A DNA stretch of 63,309 nt, filler included, from 8 parts of 8 records of this genome joined end to end with filler, not necessarily neighbours in it, one strand, 5' to 3'. Counted from the whole stretch's first letter, positions 28,995-39,616 are shown. Made by a program: numbers and translations. The notes: a model not told the origin generated them from the letters alone.

Positions 28995-29066
28995 AAAAAA
29001 CGTCAGGAGCGCTTGGGGAAAAAGATGTCCGGAGCACATCACTGACATTGAACGCTCACTCCTGAC
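28995..29066 (-). promoter_or_regulatory. Nested stem-loop with U-tract upstream of hybO
   Basis: GTCAGGAG (29002-29009) pairs with CTCCTGAC (29059-29066); inner GATGT/ACATC hairpin; A6 run at 28995-29000. Confidence 0.45.
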
Positions 29067-29796
29067 ATAAAACTTATTATTGTGATATATAAGAAAAACC
29101 AATCACAGGCAACTGCTTTTTTGATATTTTGCACATCACGCACATTCAACTGCTTCGAGATCATCATCTATCTCAGTTTTTTCCCTGCAACATAAATATT
29201 AAGGTACGAACAACCCAATTAATATTCTTTAAAATCAAACAAATGTAAACAGTCCAGCCCCCATTCACCGAAACGACAACAAAAATACACTTCGCACAGC
29301 ACCAGAATACCACAGAGTAACACCACCCTGTGAACAAACCACAAGAACACATCCGTCTCTTCAATGCGACATCACAATCCCCAATAATGCCCACCAAACA
29401 GTACCTTCCTTTGGTCCACAAACAGAAGCACCCAAGCAGCAAGCACAAAACAAGTTCGCATACTCCATCTCCAATTTACGCCATCTTTTATTGCGTACTC
29501 CCTGCAAAAAAGGTAGCTTGACTAGTTAATATCCTTTCTAAAATTAACGGCGTCGTAAAAACAACACTTCGGCTTACAGCGCTGTGTCACCATTCACGGC
29601 ACAAGGTAACCGCAACCTTCGCCCCCATATTAAAAACTTTTCCCATGGAGTCTTTGTTAAAAGATATACCGGTGCTTCACACTTAGCCCGGATTTCTCAT
29701 GGATATTGTGTCATCTTCTTAAATTGCATACAATTATCACATGTTGGGCGAAAATATATAGGTTTAAAATTTGCACAATGTTCACCAAAGGTCAGT

Positions 29797-29896
29797 NNNN
29801 NNNNNNNNNNNNNNNNNNNNNNNNNNNNNNNNNNNNNNNNTTAATTAATTAANNNNNNNNNNNNNNNNNNNNNNNNNNNNNNNNNNNNNNNNNNNN
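29797..29896. other. Artificial contig spacer
   Basis: N-run, TTAATTAATTAA, N-run. Confidence 0.99.
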
Positions 29897-30460
29897 GATG
29901 GTGGCACCGGAGATGGCATCGATCTCATTGACCCCGCCCATGTCCTGCTTGACCACCTTGAACGGCGTAGTTGTCTCTTTGTTGCTGTACTGGGCCCGCC
30001 AGGCTTCCTCAACGATCTTGTTGCCAAGGCCGGGGGTCTCCTTCTGGTCCAGGATAAAGAGGCCGGTGACTTTGCCGGCATCGGCATCCATGCCCACCAG
30101 GAGCTCTATCTTGTCCGCATATCCCTGGCCCTTGGTCTTTGCCACCCAGCCCGCCGGGGTACCGTCCTTGTAGTCGGCCTTGTAAAGGGTGTAGAACTTC
30201 GTTACCGGGCCCTTTTCAACGGCAATGGTGTGGGGTGTGATCACAAGGGCCTCGCCCTTGGCCGTGAGCTCATCCGCGGCCTGCTGGCCGAGAATCACCA
30301 CAGGGACCTTTTCCAGGGTCTCTTTCAGTTTATTGTCTTCGATCTTCGGCCCCAGGGCCGCCTGGACCCCGGCGAGTGACATGCCAAAGATCAGGGCCAG
30401 CAGCAAAACAAGCCAGGCCTGGCCCAGATTTGTCTTTAAAATAGCTTTCATATCAGGCAT
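29897..30460 (-). CDS. rnfG: Rnf complex subunit G (3' truncated)
   Basis: N-terminal TM, GQGY, ETPGLG, DAISGAT FMN-binding motif. Confidence 0.9.
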
Positions 30461-31439
30461 CTCCCATCGGGTGTGGTATGGTCCATCGGTTAATCAGGGG
30501 AGTCACGGCGTTCATCAGGAGGATCGCAAACATCACGCCCTCGGGATATCCGCTGAAGAGCCTGATGATCATGACAAGTGCGCCTACGCCGACACCGAAG
30601 ATAAACTTGCCCCTGGGGGTCAAGGGAGAGGTGACAGGATCGGTGGCAATGAAAAAAGCACCGAAGAGCAGTGCGCCGCCAAAGAGATGGTGGAGCAGCA
30701 CATGCCCGCCCGCACCCGCGGAAAAATCCGCAAGGCCCGCAAGGACGGCCACGCAGGAAATAACGCCTGCCGGAATCTCCCAGGAGGCGGTCCGCCGGAT
30801 GCACAGGAAGATACCGCCGATAAGGGCGGCAAGGGCACTTGTCTCTCCGATGGATCCATTGGTGAACCCGAAGAAGAGATCAAACACCGGCGTTGCAACG
30901 CCGCTGCCCTTGAAGGCGTTCAGCGGGGTTGCCTGGGAAATGGCATCCACGGCACCGGCCGGATTTTCATAGGCGCCGGCGCCCATGAGGCTTGCAAAGG
31001 CGATCATCACAAATGCGCGACCCACCATTGCCGGGTTAAAAATGTTCATACCAAGGCCGCCGAAGATGATCTTGCCGATGCCCATGGCCACAAAGGATGC
31101 AAGGGCGCCGACATACCAGGGGGCCGTGCCCGGAAGGGACAGGGCAAGGATAATGCCGGTAACGGCGGCGGAACAGTCGGTCAATGTAATCTTTTTTCCA
31201 CGCATGGAGACGAACAGGGCCTCACTCGCAAGACAGGCGGCAACACAGATGACAAGCTGCTTGACCGCGTATCCCCTGAACACAAAAACGGACATGGCCA
31301 CAAGGGGCACCAGGGCGATGAGGACATCTGTCATCATCCGTTTTGTCGTAAACGCCGTGTCAGATACGTGGGGTGAAGGGGCTACGTTCAGGGTTGGTCC
31401 CTCGAGCCCCGCTCCCTCTATTTCACTTATTTTTGACAA
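30453..31439 (-). CDS. rnfD: Rnf complex subunit D
   Basis: SPH, FGGLGMNIFNPA, SQATPL FMN site, GETS, ATDPVTSP, YPEG. Confidence 0.95.
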   Translation of the reverse strand: MSKISEIEGAGLEGPTLNVAPSPHVSDTAFTTKRMMTDVLIALVPLVAMSVFVFRGYAVKQLVICVAACLASEALFVSMRGKKITLTDCSAAVTGIILALSLPGTAPWYVGALASFVAMGIGKIIFGGLGMNIFNPAMVGRAFVMIAFASLMGAGAYENPAGAVDAISQATPLNAFKGSGVATPVFDLFFGFTNGSIGETSALAALIGGIFLCIRRTASWEIPAGVISCVAVLAGLADFSAGAGGHVLLHHLFGGALLFGAFFIATDPVTSPLTPRGKFIFGVGVGALVMIIRLFSGYPEGVMFAILLMNAVTPLINRWTIPHPMGDA

Positions 31440-31476
31440 TATGCCAACTCCTTTCCTATGGTCTCTGTGAAGGCCA

Positions 31477-32847
31477 TCATTTCTTCATGGTGGCTGCGAC
31501 CTGGGCCTTTCCCGTGCGAATCAACTGGACAAGCTTGATGTTGGCGGGACAGACATAGGTACAACTACCGCATTCAAAACAGGCGTTAATATTATATTGG
31601 CGGGCAAGTTCCGGATTCTGGTACCGGGCCGCCATGGCAAGCTTTGTGGGAACAAGGTTCATGGGGCAGGCATCAACACATCTTCCGCAGCGCACACATG
31701 AGGTCTCCTCGCCCCGGGCCGCCTCGGCATGGGTGAGGATGGTGATTCCGCTGGTGCCTTTGGTCACCGGCGTATTCAGATCTGCAAAAGCAAATCCCAT
31801 CATGGGACCGCCGGAGATGATCCGCGCCGCGTCCTTGGTCAATCCGCCGCAATAATCGATCAACTCGCCCATGGTGATCCCGATGGGAACAAATAAATTC
31901 TTGGGGTTGGCAATACCGCCGCCGGTGACGCTCACGACACGGTGGGTCAGGGGTCCTTTCTTGATCACGGCCCGTGCCACGGCAGCCATGGTGCCGACAT
32001 TACTCATGGCGACGCCCACGGCGGAGGGAAGTCCTCCAAGGGGCACTTCCAGGTCAAGAACCGCTTTTATCAGCTGTTTCTCACTTCCCTGGGGATACTT
32101 TGTCCTGACCACGGCGACCTGGGCAACGGTGTTTTGCGTGGCCCGCTCCAGGGCCTCGATGGCCTCGGGCTTGTTGTCCTCGATACAGATGAAGATCTCC
32201 TTTGCCGAGACAGCCCGTCCGGCCAGGAGGGCTCCGGCGACAATTGCGTCCGGGGCTTCCTTCATGAGCCTGTAGTCACAGGTAAGGTAGGGCTCACACT
32301 CACACCCGTTAACCAGCAGGGTGTCGATGAGCTGCTTGTCGCTGGGCATCACCTTGACATGGGTGGGAAAAGCCGCGCCGCCAAGGCCGACGATGCCGGC
32401 GTCATGGATCAGCTTTGAGATCTCATCCGGGGCGTAATCCGGGATGCTGGAAAGGGACCAGTCCGTATCGGTCATCTCCTTCCACAAATCCGCCGGATCC
32501 ACCTGGTCACCGTCGGTCTTGATCTCGATGGCCTCCAGATGCCGCCCGTTGGCAAGGGTAACGACCGTGTTTTTCTTCACTTTTCCCGCCACCGGAGAAT
32601 GGAGGGCGGCAGAAACAAACGCCTGGCCTTTACCTACCATTTCGCCGCATGTCACCACCTGTTTCGGTTTTACCACCGGTTCGCAGGGGGCGCCAATGTG
32701 CTGGAGCAGGGGAAGTACTACCTTCTTGGGATTGGGTAGTACTTCAACATCAGCCCCGGCAGAATAAAACTTGTTGTCTGGGGGATGAATCCCGTGGGGG
32801 AAACTCCCCTTTCCTGGAAATTCTTCTTTTGACCCGAAAAAACCCAT
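31477..32847 (-). CDS. rnfC: Rnf complex subunit C
   Basis: QHIGAP, GIVGLGGAAFPT, NGCECEPY, YPQGSEK, GGPMMG, two CxxCxxCxxxCP motifs. Confidence 0.95.
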   Translation of the reverse strand: MGFFGSKEEFPGKGSFPHGIHPPDNKFYSAGADVEVLPNPKKVVLPLLQHIGAPCEPVVKPKQVVTCGEMVGKGQAFVSAALHSPVAGKVKKNTVVTLANGRHLEAIEIKTDGDQVDPADLWKEMTDTDWSLSSIPDYAPDEISKLIHDAGIVGLGGAAFPTHVKVMPSDKQLIDTLLVNGCECEPYLTCDYRLMKEAPDAIVAGALLAGRAVSAKEIFICIEDNKPEAIEALERATQNTVAQVAVVRTKYPQGSEKQLIKAVLDLEVPLGGLPSAVGVAMSNVGTMAAVARAVIKKGPLTHRVVSVTGGGIANPKNLFVPIGITMGELIDYCGGLTKDAARIISGGPMMGFAFADLNTPVTKGTSGITILTHAEAARGEETSCVRCGRCVDACPMNLVPTKLAMAARYQNPELARQYNINACFECGSCTYVCPANIKLVQLIRTGKAQVAATMKK

Positions 32848-32969
32848 AATTTTTCAATCGCTCCACCAGATTTTTCAATCTGCATCTATGGTTAATCTAT
32901 GGCTAACAGAGAAGTAGTTTCCATAGCAGCAATGGGAGCGGGTGTCAAGTCAAATTCTATCGGTTTTTT

Positions 32970-33869
32970 CTATTGTACGACCCAGACCACCTGGTTTCCG
33001 GCGGCCTGAAAAATTTTCTCCCCCACCCTGCCCTTGAAGAAGTTTTCAACGAAGGTGAGATTTCTACGACCGATCACGATACTCTCATATCCGCCCTTCC
33101 GGGCACGGTCAACGATATTTTCCGTCAGATCGCCGTCGGTTGATATGACTTCACAGGTAAGCTGGTCATCGGAAAATCCGGCACTGGTAAGACATTCAAC
33201 GGACTGTTTAAAAAAGTGCTCCGTCTCCTGAACCGCAGGCGTTTCGCCATTATTAGGCGTTTTGGAGGCATGGCAGAGCAAAAGGCGATACCCCCTGCTG
33301 TCAATGAGCTGCCCCATCCGCCGGACAGCCTCCAGCACCTCCCGGGTACCGTCAAAGGCGACCAGGACATCCCTCTGCCGGGGAATGCCGCCGACCACGA
33401 TGAGGGGAATGCTCTTTATCTTTCCGAGAAGTTTCGAGGGAACGGTGCCGACCAGAAAATCCTTGAGCCTGGAGTAGCCTTTTCTGCCCACCACCACGGC
33501 ATCGTATCCCATGCGGGATTCCTCAACGATATCCCGGACCACGCCCTGGTCCTTGGTATGAATCTTGGTTGTCACGGCCTCCTGGGGAAAGCCTTCGCTC
33601 AACAGGATATTGTTGGCCTTGGCCATGCACTCCTTGACAAGTTTATACCGCTCGGTCATGCTGGCCCGTATTTCCGGGGTCTTGAACCTGAAATCAAGAT
33701 CCTTTTCCATTTGCCAGAAGGACCGTGGGATCTTGCTCTCCACATAGAAAGCAACGACTTCAGTTTTATCAGGGGGAAAGACCTTTCCAACATACCGGGC
33801 GGCGTCCAGGGCAAGTTCCGAGCCATCATAGGCCAGTAATACTCTAAACTTTGTTTGTTCCATGTTCAT
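32970..33869 (-). CDS. Tandem universal stress protein
   Basis: LLAYDGS...VVGRKG...GTV and a second VAFDG...VIGRR...GRV domain. Confidence 0.88.
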   Translation of the reverse strand: MNMEQTKFRVLLAYDGSELALDAARYVGKVFPPDKTEVVAFYVESKIPRSFWQMEKDLDFRFKTPEIRASMTERYKLVKECMAKANNILLSEGFPQEAVTTKIHTKDQGVVRDIVEESRMGYDAVVVGRKGYSRLKDFLVGTVPSKLLGKIKSIPLIVVGGIPRQRDVLVAFDGTREVLEAVRRMGQLIDSRGYRLLLCHASKTPNNGETPAVQETEHFFKQSVECLTSAGFSDDQLTCEVISTDGDLTENIVDRARKGGYESIVIGRRNLTFVENFFKGRVGEKIFQAAGNQVVWVVQ

Positions 33870-34067
33870 TTTCTCCCAGCTTTAACCGTTAAAGAGGCAC
33901 CTTGCTTTTCATCCGACCCCCGTATCCGTGAACAGAGGTGTCAGGGCTACGAGCAAAGCATGAAGAATAATGCGATATAACAAACTAACCACACTTTATA
34001 CGCTGAATACGATTAAGGCAAGCACATGCTCAAAAAAAATCCAGGAGCTTGACATCATCGTCGTCCC

Positions 34068-35462
34068 ATGATGAAACCAGGAGAACTTGAAAAAAAAGGA
34101 GTCCAATTGAATACCCCATCAACGGGAGGCGCCCCCTCCCCCTTTTCCATTCCCAACATCCGCCTGTTTATCGCCTTCAGGGTTTTGTTCAATTCCCGGT
34201 TTTACTATCCGGTCTTCACCATCCTGTTCCTTGATTTCGGGCTCACCGTGGCCCAGTTTTCCATCCTCAACGCCGTGTGGGCCGCCACCATTGTCCTTGC
34301 CGAAGTGCCCTCCGGGGCCCTGGCCGATATCATCGGCAGAAAACGGTTGCTTGTGTTCGCCACATTGACCATGATTGTCGAGATCGGCATCATCAGTTTT
34401 GTTCCAAAAGCAAACCCTTCCATGGTTTTCATTGTTTTTCTGGTCAACCGCATTCTAAGCGGTCTTGCGGAAGCGGCTTCCAGCGGCGCGGATGAGGCCA
34501 TTGCCTATGATTCCCTGGCCGCGGAAGGCGACCCTGCCCAGTGGGGACGGGTGCTGGAGATATTAACGCGGTTTCAATCCCTGGGCTTCATTGTTGCCAT
34601 GGGTGTCGGCGCCGCCGTTTATGATCCCGACCTCCTCAAAAAATTATGCGGTTTTTTCGACCTTGGGCTCTCATTTTCCCAGGAAACCACCATGCGGTTT
34701 CCCTTATACCTGACCCTTGTCCTGGCTATTTTTGCCTTCATCACGACCCTCAGGATGAAGGATCCGGCGTCCGGCCCCCTGACCGGCTTCACCCCCGGAC
34801 AGGTCCGCAAGGCCTTTGGTTTGACAATCAAGGCCGGCCTGTGGATCTACAGGACCCCCTTTGTCCTGTCCGTCATTCTCTTTGGAATGCTGTTTGACGG
34901 CATCATCCGGATGATCATCACCCTTTCCAGCCAATACTACAGGATGATCCAGCTCCCTGAATCGAGTTTCGGCATCATCGGCGCACTGGTTGCCATGCTC
35001 GGCCTTGTGGTTCCCAAAATGGCAAAGAGAATAGCCGAAAAAAAACCGCCGGCCCATGCCCTCTGGCTCACCGTCCTTCTAACGGGCACAGGCCTTGTCA
35101 CCATGAACGGCTTCTGGCCCTATGCCGGAATGATACCCGCCCTGATAACCTTCAGCGCCATGTACTTCACAGGCTTCTTTGTCAGCTTTTATGTCAACCG
35201 GGAAACACCATCGGACCAGCGGGCCACGGTCCTGAGCTTCAAAGGCCTGGCCTACAATATCTCCTATGGTGTGTTAGGGGTGGCCTACGCCCTTCTCCTG
35301 AAAATCGAAAAACAGGGCGTCCAATCCGAAGATGTTGAAAACATGGTTTTCACGGACACATTCTTCTGGTTCCCCCTCACCTTTGCCGCCGGCTTCTGCC
35401 TTCTTTCGGCGGCCTATCACCTCTGGCTGAAAAAGCCCTCCCCACCCCGGCGGAACAGGTGA
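34068..35462 (+). CDS. MFS transporter
   Basis: EVPSGALADIIGRK motif A, SGADEA, RATVLS; many TM helices. Confidence 0.88.
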   Translation: MMKPGELEKKGVQLNTPSTGGAPSPFSIPNIRLFIAFRVLFNSRFYYPVFTILFLDFGLTVAQFSILNAVWAATIVLAEVPSGALADIIGRKRLLVFATLTMIVEIGIISFVPKANPSMVFIVFLVNRILSGLAEAASSGADEAIAYDSLAAEGDPAQWGRVLEILTRFQSLGFIVAMGVGAAVYDPDLLKKLCGFFDLGLSFSQETTMRFPLYLTLVLAIFAFITTLRMKDPASGPLTGFTPGQVRKAFGLTIKAGLWIYRTPFVLSVILFGMLFDGIIRMIITLSSQYYRMIQLPESSFGIIGALVAMLGLVVPKMAKRIAEKKPPAHALWLTVLLTGTGLVTMNGFWPYAGMIPALITFSAMYFTGFFVSFYVNRETPSDQRATVLSFKGLAYNISYGVLGVAYALLLKIEKQGVQSEDVENMVFTDTFFWFPLTFAAGFCLLSAAYHLWLKKPSPPRRNR

Positions 35463-35474
35463 TCATTACGGGCG

Positions 35475-36977
35475 TTACCCCATGAACCGTTTCCGGTCCA
35501 GGTCATACTTTTTCAACTTGTAGTGAAAAGACTGGGGAGAGATGCCAAGGCTCCTGGCGGCCTTGGCGGCATTTCCCCTGCTCTTTTTCAATGCGTTGAC
35601 AATGATTTCGATCTCATTGGCGGTCTGATTTTCAACAAGGTTTAGATTTTCCTTGTAGGAGAAGAATGCCGTTTTTTCAGACGGATTCCCGCCTTTTTTT
35701 TTCTTTTCATCCTGTAATGGAGAAGAGTCCGGGTGATCGTTCCGGGCCGAATCGCCGTTGATACAGAAACGCACATGGGGAGGAAGGTGTTTCAACTTGA
35801 TGGTTCGCGAGCCGTTGACAAGGTTCATGGCACCTTCGATGACATGCTCCAGTTCCCTGACATTCCCGGGCCAGTCATAGTCGTCAAACAGGGCCATCAC
35901 CTTTGAAGAAACCCCGGCCACCCTCTCTCCGAGGATCTCGTTGAATTTTGCGATAAACCGGTCTACCAGGGGCTGAATGTCATTCCTGCGATGCCTCAAG
36001 GGCGGTATCTGGACCAGGACGACGCCCATGCGATAGAAAAGGTCCAAACGAAGCAGCGCCCGCTTGATGATCTGATGGGGATCCTGGCTCACGGTACTGA
36101 TGATCTTCAGGTTAAGATCGATCTCCCTGGATGAGCCGAGCCTTCTGACCTTTTTCTCCTGGACGACCCGGAGCAGCTTCGCCTGGAGAGACAGGGGCAT
36201 GGAATCGAGCTCGTCCAGAAACAGCGTCCCCCCGTTTGCCTCTTCAAAAAGACCGGATTTATCAACAGAACCGGTAAAAGCCCCCTTTGAAGTACCAAAC
36301 AAAATCCCCTCCAGCAGATTTTCCGGAATGGCGGCACAATTGACGGGAATAAATTTTTCCTTGGATTGGGAACCGTAGTTGTGAACGGACTGGGCAAACA
36401 ACTCTTTGCCGGTCCCTGTTTCACCGGAAAGCATGATGGGTGAAGGGGAATCCGATGCCAGTTTCGCAATCTCCACCGACTCAAGAAGGGAATGATCCGA
36501 CCCGATGATATCGTCAAAGGTAAACCGGGTGCCGTTGCTGAACCGCTTGGGTTCCTGGAGGGGCTCACCCAATTCAAGGATGGTTTCCAGCATCTGATAA
36601 TCCTTGGTAAAGCTGATGGCGCCGGCAACCTCGCTTTTATTGAACAAGGGGAAAACATTACTGATGGTGTTGGCAATCTTGCCAAGCCTTGTCCGGTAGA
36701 CGATCATTTTGTTTTTTACGGGCTGAGCGTTCCTGATGCACTGCATGGTGGTACTGCCGTTGTCACTGAGTTTATAGAGATCCGTGATCTTTTTACCCGT
36801 GGCATAGGCCCGGTCGATGTCGTCGATTTTTGCCTGGGTGGCGTTGTAGTATAAAATTGTCCCTGTCGCATCGGTGATGATGACACCCTCATGGAGATCG
36901 TCATAGAAGCTAAACATTTCAACATCAAGGTAGTTTAACAGGCCCGATAATACCTTTGTCAAATTTTGATCCGACAT
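35475..36977 (-). CDS. PAS-sigma54-dependent enhancer-binding protein (RocR-like)
   Basis: PAS, GETGTGKELFA, GAFTG, LFLDE, WPGNVREL, Fis-type HTH. Confidence 0.92.
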   Translation of the reverse strand: MSDQNLTKVLSGLLNYLDVEMFSFYDDLHEGVIITDATGTILYYNATQAKIDDIDRAYATGKKITDLYKLSDNGSTTMQCIRNAQPVKNKMIVYRTRLGKIANTISNVFPLFNKSEVAGAISFTKDYQMLETILELGEPLQEPKRFSNGTRFTFDDIIGSDHSLLESVEIAKLASDSPSPIMLSGETGTGKELFAQSVHNYGSQSKEKFIPVNCAAIPENLLEGILFGTSKGAFTGSVDKSGLFEEANGGTLFLDELDSMPLSLQAKLLRVVQEKKVRRLGSSREIDLNLKIISTVSQDPHQIIKRALLRLDLFYRMGVVLVQIPPLRHRRNDIQPLVDRFIAKFNEILGERVAGVSSKVMALFDDYDWPGNVRELEHVIEGAMNLVNGSRTIKLKHLPPHVRFCINGDSARNDHPDSSPLQDEKKKKGGNPSEKTAFFSYKENLNLVENQTANEIEIIVNALKKSRGNAAKAARSLGISPQSFHYKLKKYDLDRKRFMG

Positions 36978-37109
36978 AATCCCCTGTTCCGGTTTGTTGT
37001 GTTGCCCGTTCCCCAGTCTGCCATTTTATATCTTATGTTGCGCGGCAATAGTCAAGAATAAAGATGCACAGGGGCAAAGCAGGCTTGCAAAAAGGAAAGA
37101 CCGGGCCCA

Positions 37110-37175
37110 TTTATCAAAAAAATTTGATAAAGTTTTTTTGATATCCCCCCGGGATTTTGATCAAGTATTTTTGAT
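37110..37175. promoter_or_regulatory. Putative enhancer (UAS) sites, ATCAA-N6-TTGAT
   Basis: ATCAAAAAAATTTGAT (37113-37128), ATAAAGTTTTTTTGAT (37127-37142), ATCAAGTATTTTTGAT (37160-37175). Confidence 0.6.
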
Positions 37176-37296
37176 ATTTCACATGTACGTTTTTCCTCAC
37201 CCCGTCCGGCTCCGCAAAAAAATCACAACATAACCCTTTGCAATCATAACCATTCACCACCCCCTTGCAGTTATTTGTCAAAAAACATGAGCAATC

Positions 37297-37312
37297 TGGC
37301 ATTGACCTTGCT
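37297..37312 (+). promoter_or_regulatory. Sigma54 -24/-12 promoter of the BCCT gene
   Basis: TGGCAT-TGACC-TTGCT fits TGGCAC-N5-TTGCW; divergent sigma54 activator adjacent. Confidence 0.85.
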
Positions 37313-37389
37313 CAAGTTACTGCCGTCGGTTGAAACAAAGCTGAATTCATCAGCTTGCATGGCATTTTTATGAGTAAAGGAGCTTGGTA

Positions 37390-38703
37390 ATGAATAAAGA
37401 TTCTGCAACGGTTTCACCAAGAAAGATACCTCTGGACAAGGCGGTTTTCTGGCCATCGGTTATCATTCTTTGCCTCATCATGGTCCCCTGCTTTCTCTTT
37501 CCCGAAGCGGGGTCCCAATGGGGCAAGAAAATTTTCCATTTTATCAGTTTTGATTTTGACTCGGTTTTTGAGTGGTTCACCCTTGTCATGTTTGTCCTGG
37601 GAATTGGAATTTCCTTTTCACGGTACGGAAGCATCAAGATGGGGCTGCCCGATGAAGCCCCAGATTACGCCACCGGCACCTGGGCCTTCATGCTGATCAC
37701 CGGCTGCTCCAGCGCCGGGCTCTTCTACTGGGGCATGGTGGAACCCATGTACCACATAACCGCCCCGCCCTTCGGCATCGAGCCCAACTCCGCTGCCGCC
37801 GCCACCTGGGGCGTCACCTATGCCATGTTCCACTGGGGGCCGGCCCCCTGGGCCTACTACGGTTTCACCGGCGCCCTGGTGGCCTACTTCTACTATGTAA
37901 GAAGGGAACCCCAGCTCAAGGGCAGCCTTGCATGCGAAGGCTTCCTTGGCAAACGCGCCAGGGGGCCCCTGGGCAATATGATCGACATCGTCGTCATCAT
38001 CAGCCTTGCCGCCGGTACGGCCGCCTCCCTTGCCATCCTTGTTCCCATGATCGCGGTGTGGGCGGAAAAGCTCCTGGGCATTCCCCGGGGACTTCCACTG
38101 AACATCGGCATCATTGTCTGCTGGGTGGCCCTCTTTGCCTACTCGGTGCTTTCCGGCATCAACAAGGGCATGAAATGGCTCAGCGACATCAATGTCTGGG
38201 CGGTCTTCGGCCTGGTGACCTTTCTGCTCATTTTCGGCCCCGGGGTCTATATCCTCTCGTTCACCACCGAGAGCCTGGGCCAGATGTTCCAGAATTTCAT
38301 CAAAATGAGCACCTGGACCGATCCCGTAGGCAAGAGCGGTTTTCCCCAGAACTGGACCGTCTTCTGGTGGGCGTTCTGGGCGGTCTATGCCGTATTCCTG
38401 GGAATCTTCGTGGCCCGGATCTCCAAGGGAAGGACCTTTCGCCAGATCTACCTCATGGTTGTGGGTTGCGGCACCATCGGCAGCGTTCTCATGTGCGGGC
38501 TCCTGGGCAGCTATACCATGTACCTTACCACGGAGAACATCATCCCCATGGTGGATATCTTCACCCAGCAGGGGCCGGAATATATGATCTATGAACTCTT
38601 CCGCACCCTGCCCTTTCAATGGGTTGTCTGGCCCCTGGTGATCATTGTGGGATTTCTGAGCACGGCCACCCTGTACCAGTCCTGCGCCTGGACCCTGGCA
38701 TCC
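37390..38703 (+). CDS. BCCT family (betaine/carnitine/choline) transporter, 3' truncated
   Basis: SRYGSIKMG, GLFYWGMVEPMYH, FHWG, GMKWLSDIN, WTVFWWAFW, ARISKGRT. Confidence 0.92.
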
Positions 38704-38803
38704 NNNNNNNNNNNNNNNNNNNNNNNNNNNNNNNNNNNNNNNNNNNNTTAATTAATTAANNNNNNNNNNNNNNNNNNNNNNNNNNNNNNNNNNNNNNNNN
38801 NNN
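38704..38803. other. Artificial contig spacer
   Basis: N-run, TTAATTAATTAA, N-run. Confidence 0.99.
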
Positions 38804-38815
38804 ATCATTTTAGAT

Positions 38816-38831
38816 GAACGACTGATCGCTC
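38816..38831. promoter_or_regulatory. Imperfect palindrome, candidate TetR operator
   Basis: GAACGA-CTGA-TCGCTC immediately before the GGAGAGGAGG RBS of the crotonase gene. Confidence 0.35.
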
Positions 38832-38845
38832 GGAGAGGAGGCGGC

Positions 38846-39616
38846 ATGCCTATTGATTATGAAAAAAACGGCCATATCGCCCTGGTGACCTTTAACCGGC
38901 CCGAAGCCATGAATTGTATTAATCTTGACGACCTTAATGAACTGGGCCGGATCTGGCTCGATTTTATCGAAGATGATGAAATGCGGGCCGCGGTCCTGAC
39001 CGGCGCCGGAGAAAAGTCCTTTTGCGCCGGGGCAGATCTTAAAGAACTTATCCCGAAGATTACTTCGGGGGAATTGCCCATCCCGCACACCGTTCCCGGC
39101 TTTCTTAAAAACGTGGACTGTTTCAAGCCCATTGTCGCCGCAGTAAACGGCGCCTGCCTGGCCGGCGGTACGGAAATACTGCAGGCGACGGACATCCGGG
39201 TGGCTGTGGAAGAAGCAACTTTCGGCCTGGCCGAAGTTAAATGGTCCCTTTTCCCCATGGCCGGGTCCACTGTGCGCCTGGCCAGGCAGATACCATACTG
39301 CTGGGCCATGGAAATCCTGTTGACCGGAGATCCGATCACGGCTCGGCAGGCCCTGAACATAGGCCTGATAAACAGGGTGGTCCCCCGCGACCAACTCATG
39401 GATACGGCCATGGCCTTTGCCGAACGCATTGCCGGGAACGGCCCCCTGGCCGTCAGGGCCGTCAAGGAATCAGTCCTTCGTTCTTATGACGTTCCGGCCC
39501 AGCAGGCCTATTACCTGGAATCCTACCTGGCCCGGGATGTGTTCCTCAGTGAAGACGCCAGGGAAGGACCGACCGCATTCATTGAAAAAAGGCCGCCTCG
39601 GTTCAAGGGTGAATAA
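38846..39616 (+). CDS. Enoyl-CoA hydratase, EchA19-like
   Basis: FCAGADL, AGGTEILQATDIRVA, EVKWSLFPMAGSTVRLARQIPY, NGPLAV. Confidence 0.88.
   Translation: MPIDYEKNGHIALVTFNRPEAMNCINLDDLNELGRIWLDFIEDDEMRAAVLTGAGEKSFCAGADLKELIPKITSGELPIPHTVPGFLKNVDCFKPIVAAVNGACLAGGTEILQATDIRVAVEEATFGLAEVKWSLFPMAGSTVRLARQIPYCWAMEILLTGDPITARQALNIGLINRVVPRDQLMDTAMAFAERIAGNGPLAVRAVKESVLRSYDVPAQQAYYLESYLARDVFLSEDAREGPTAFIEKRPPRFKGE

Noticed and set aside
23230-32847. Hyb hydrogenase next to rnfCDG as one energy-conservation locus
   Set aside because: An artificial spacer (29797-29896) separates them; they are different contigs.
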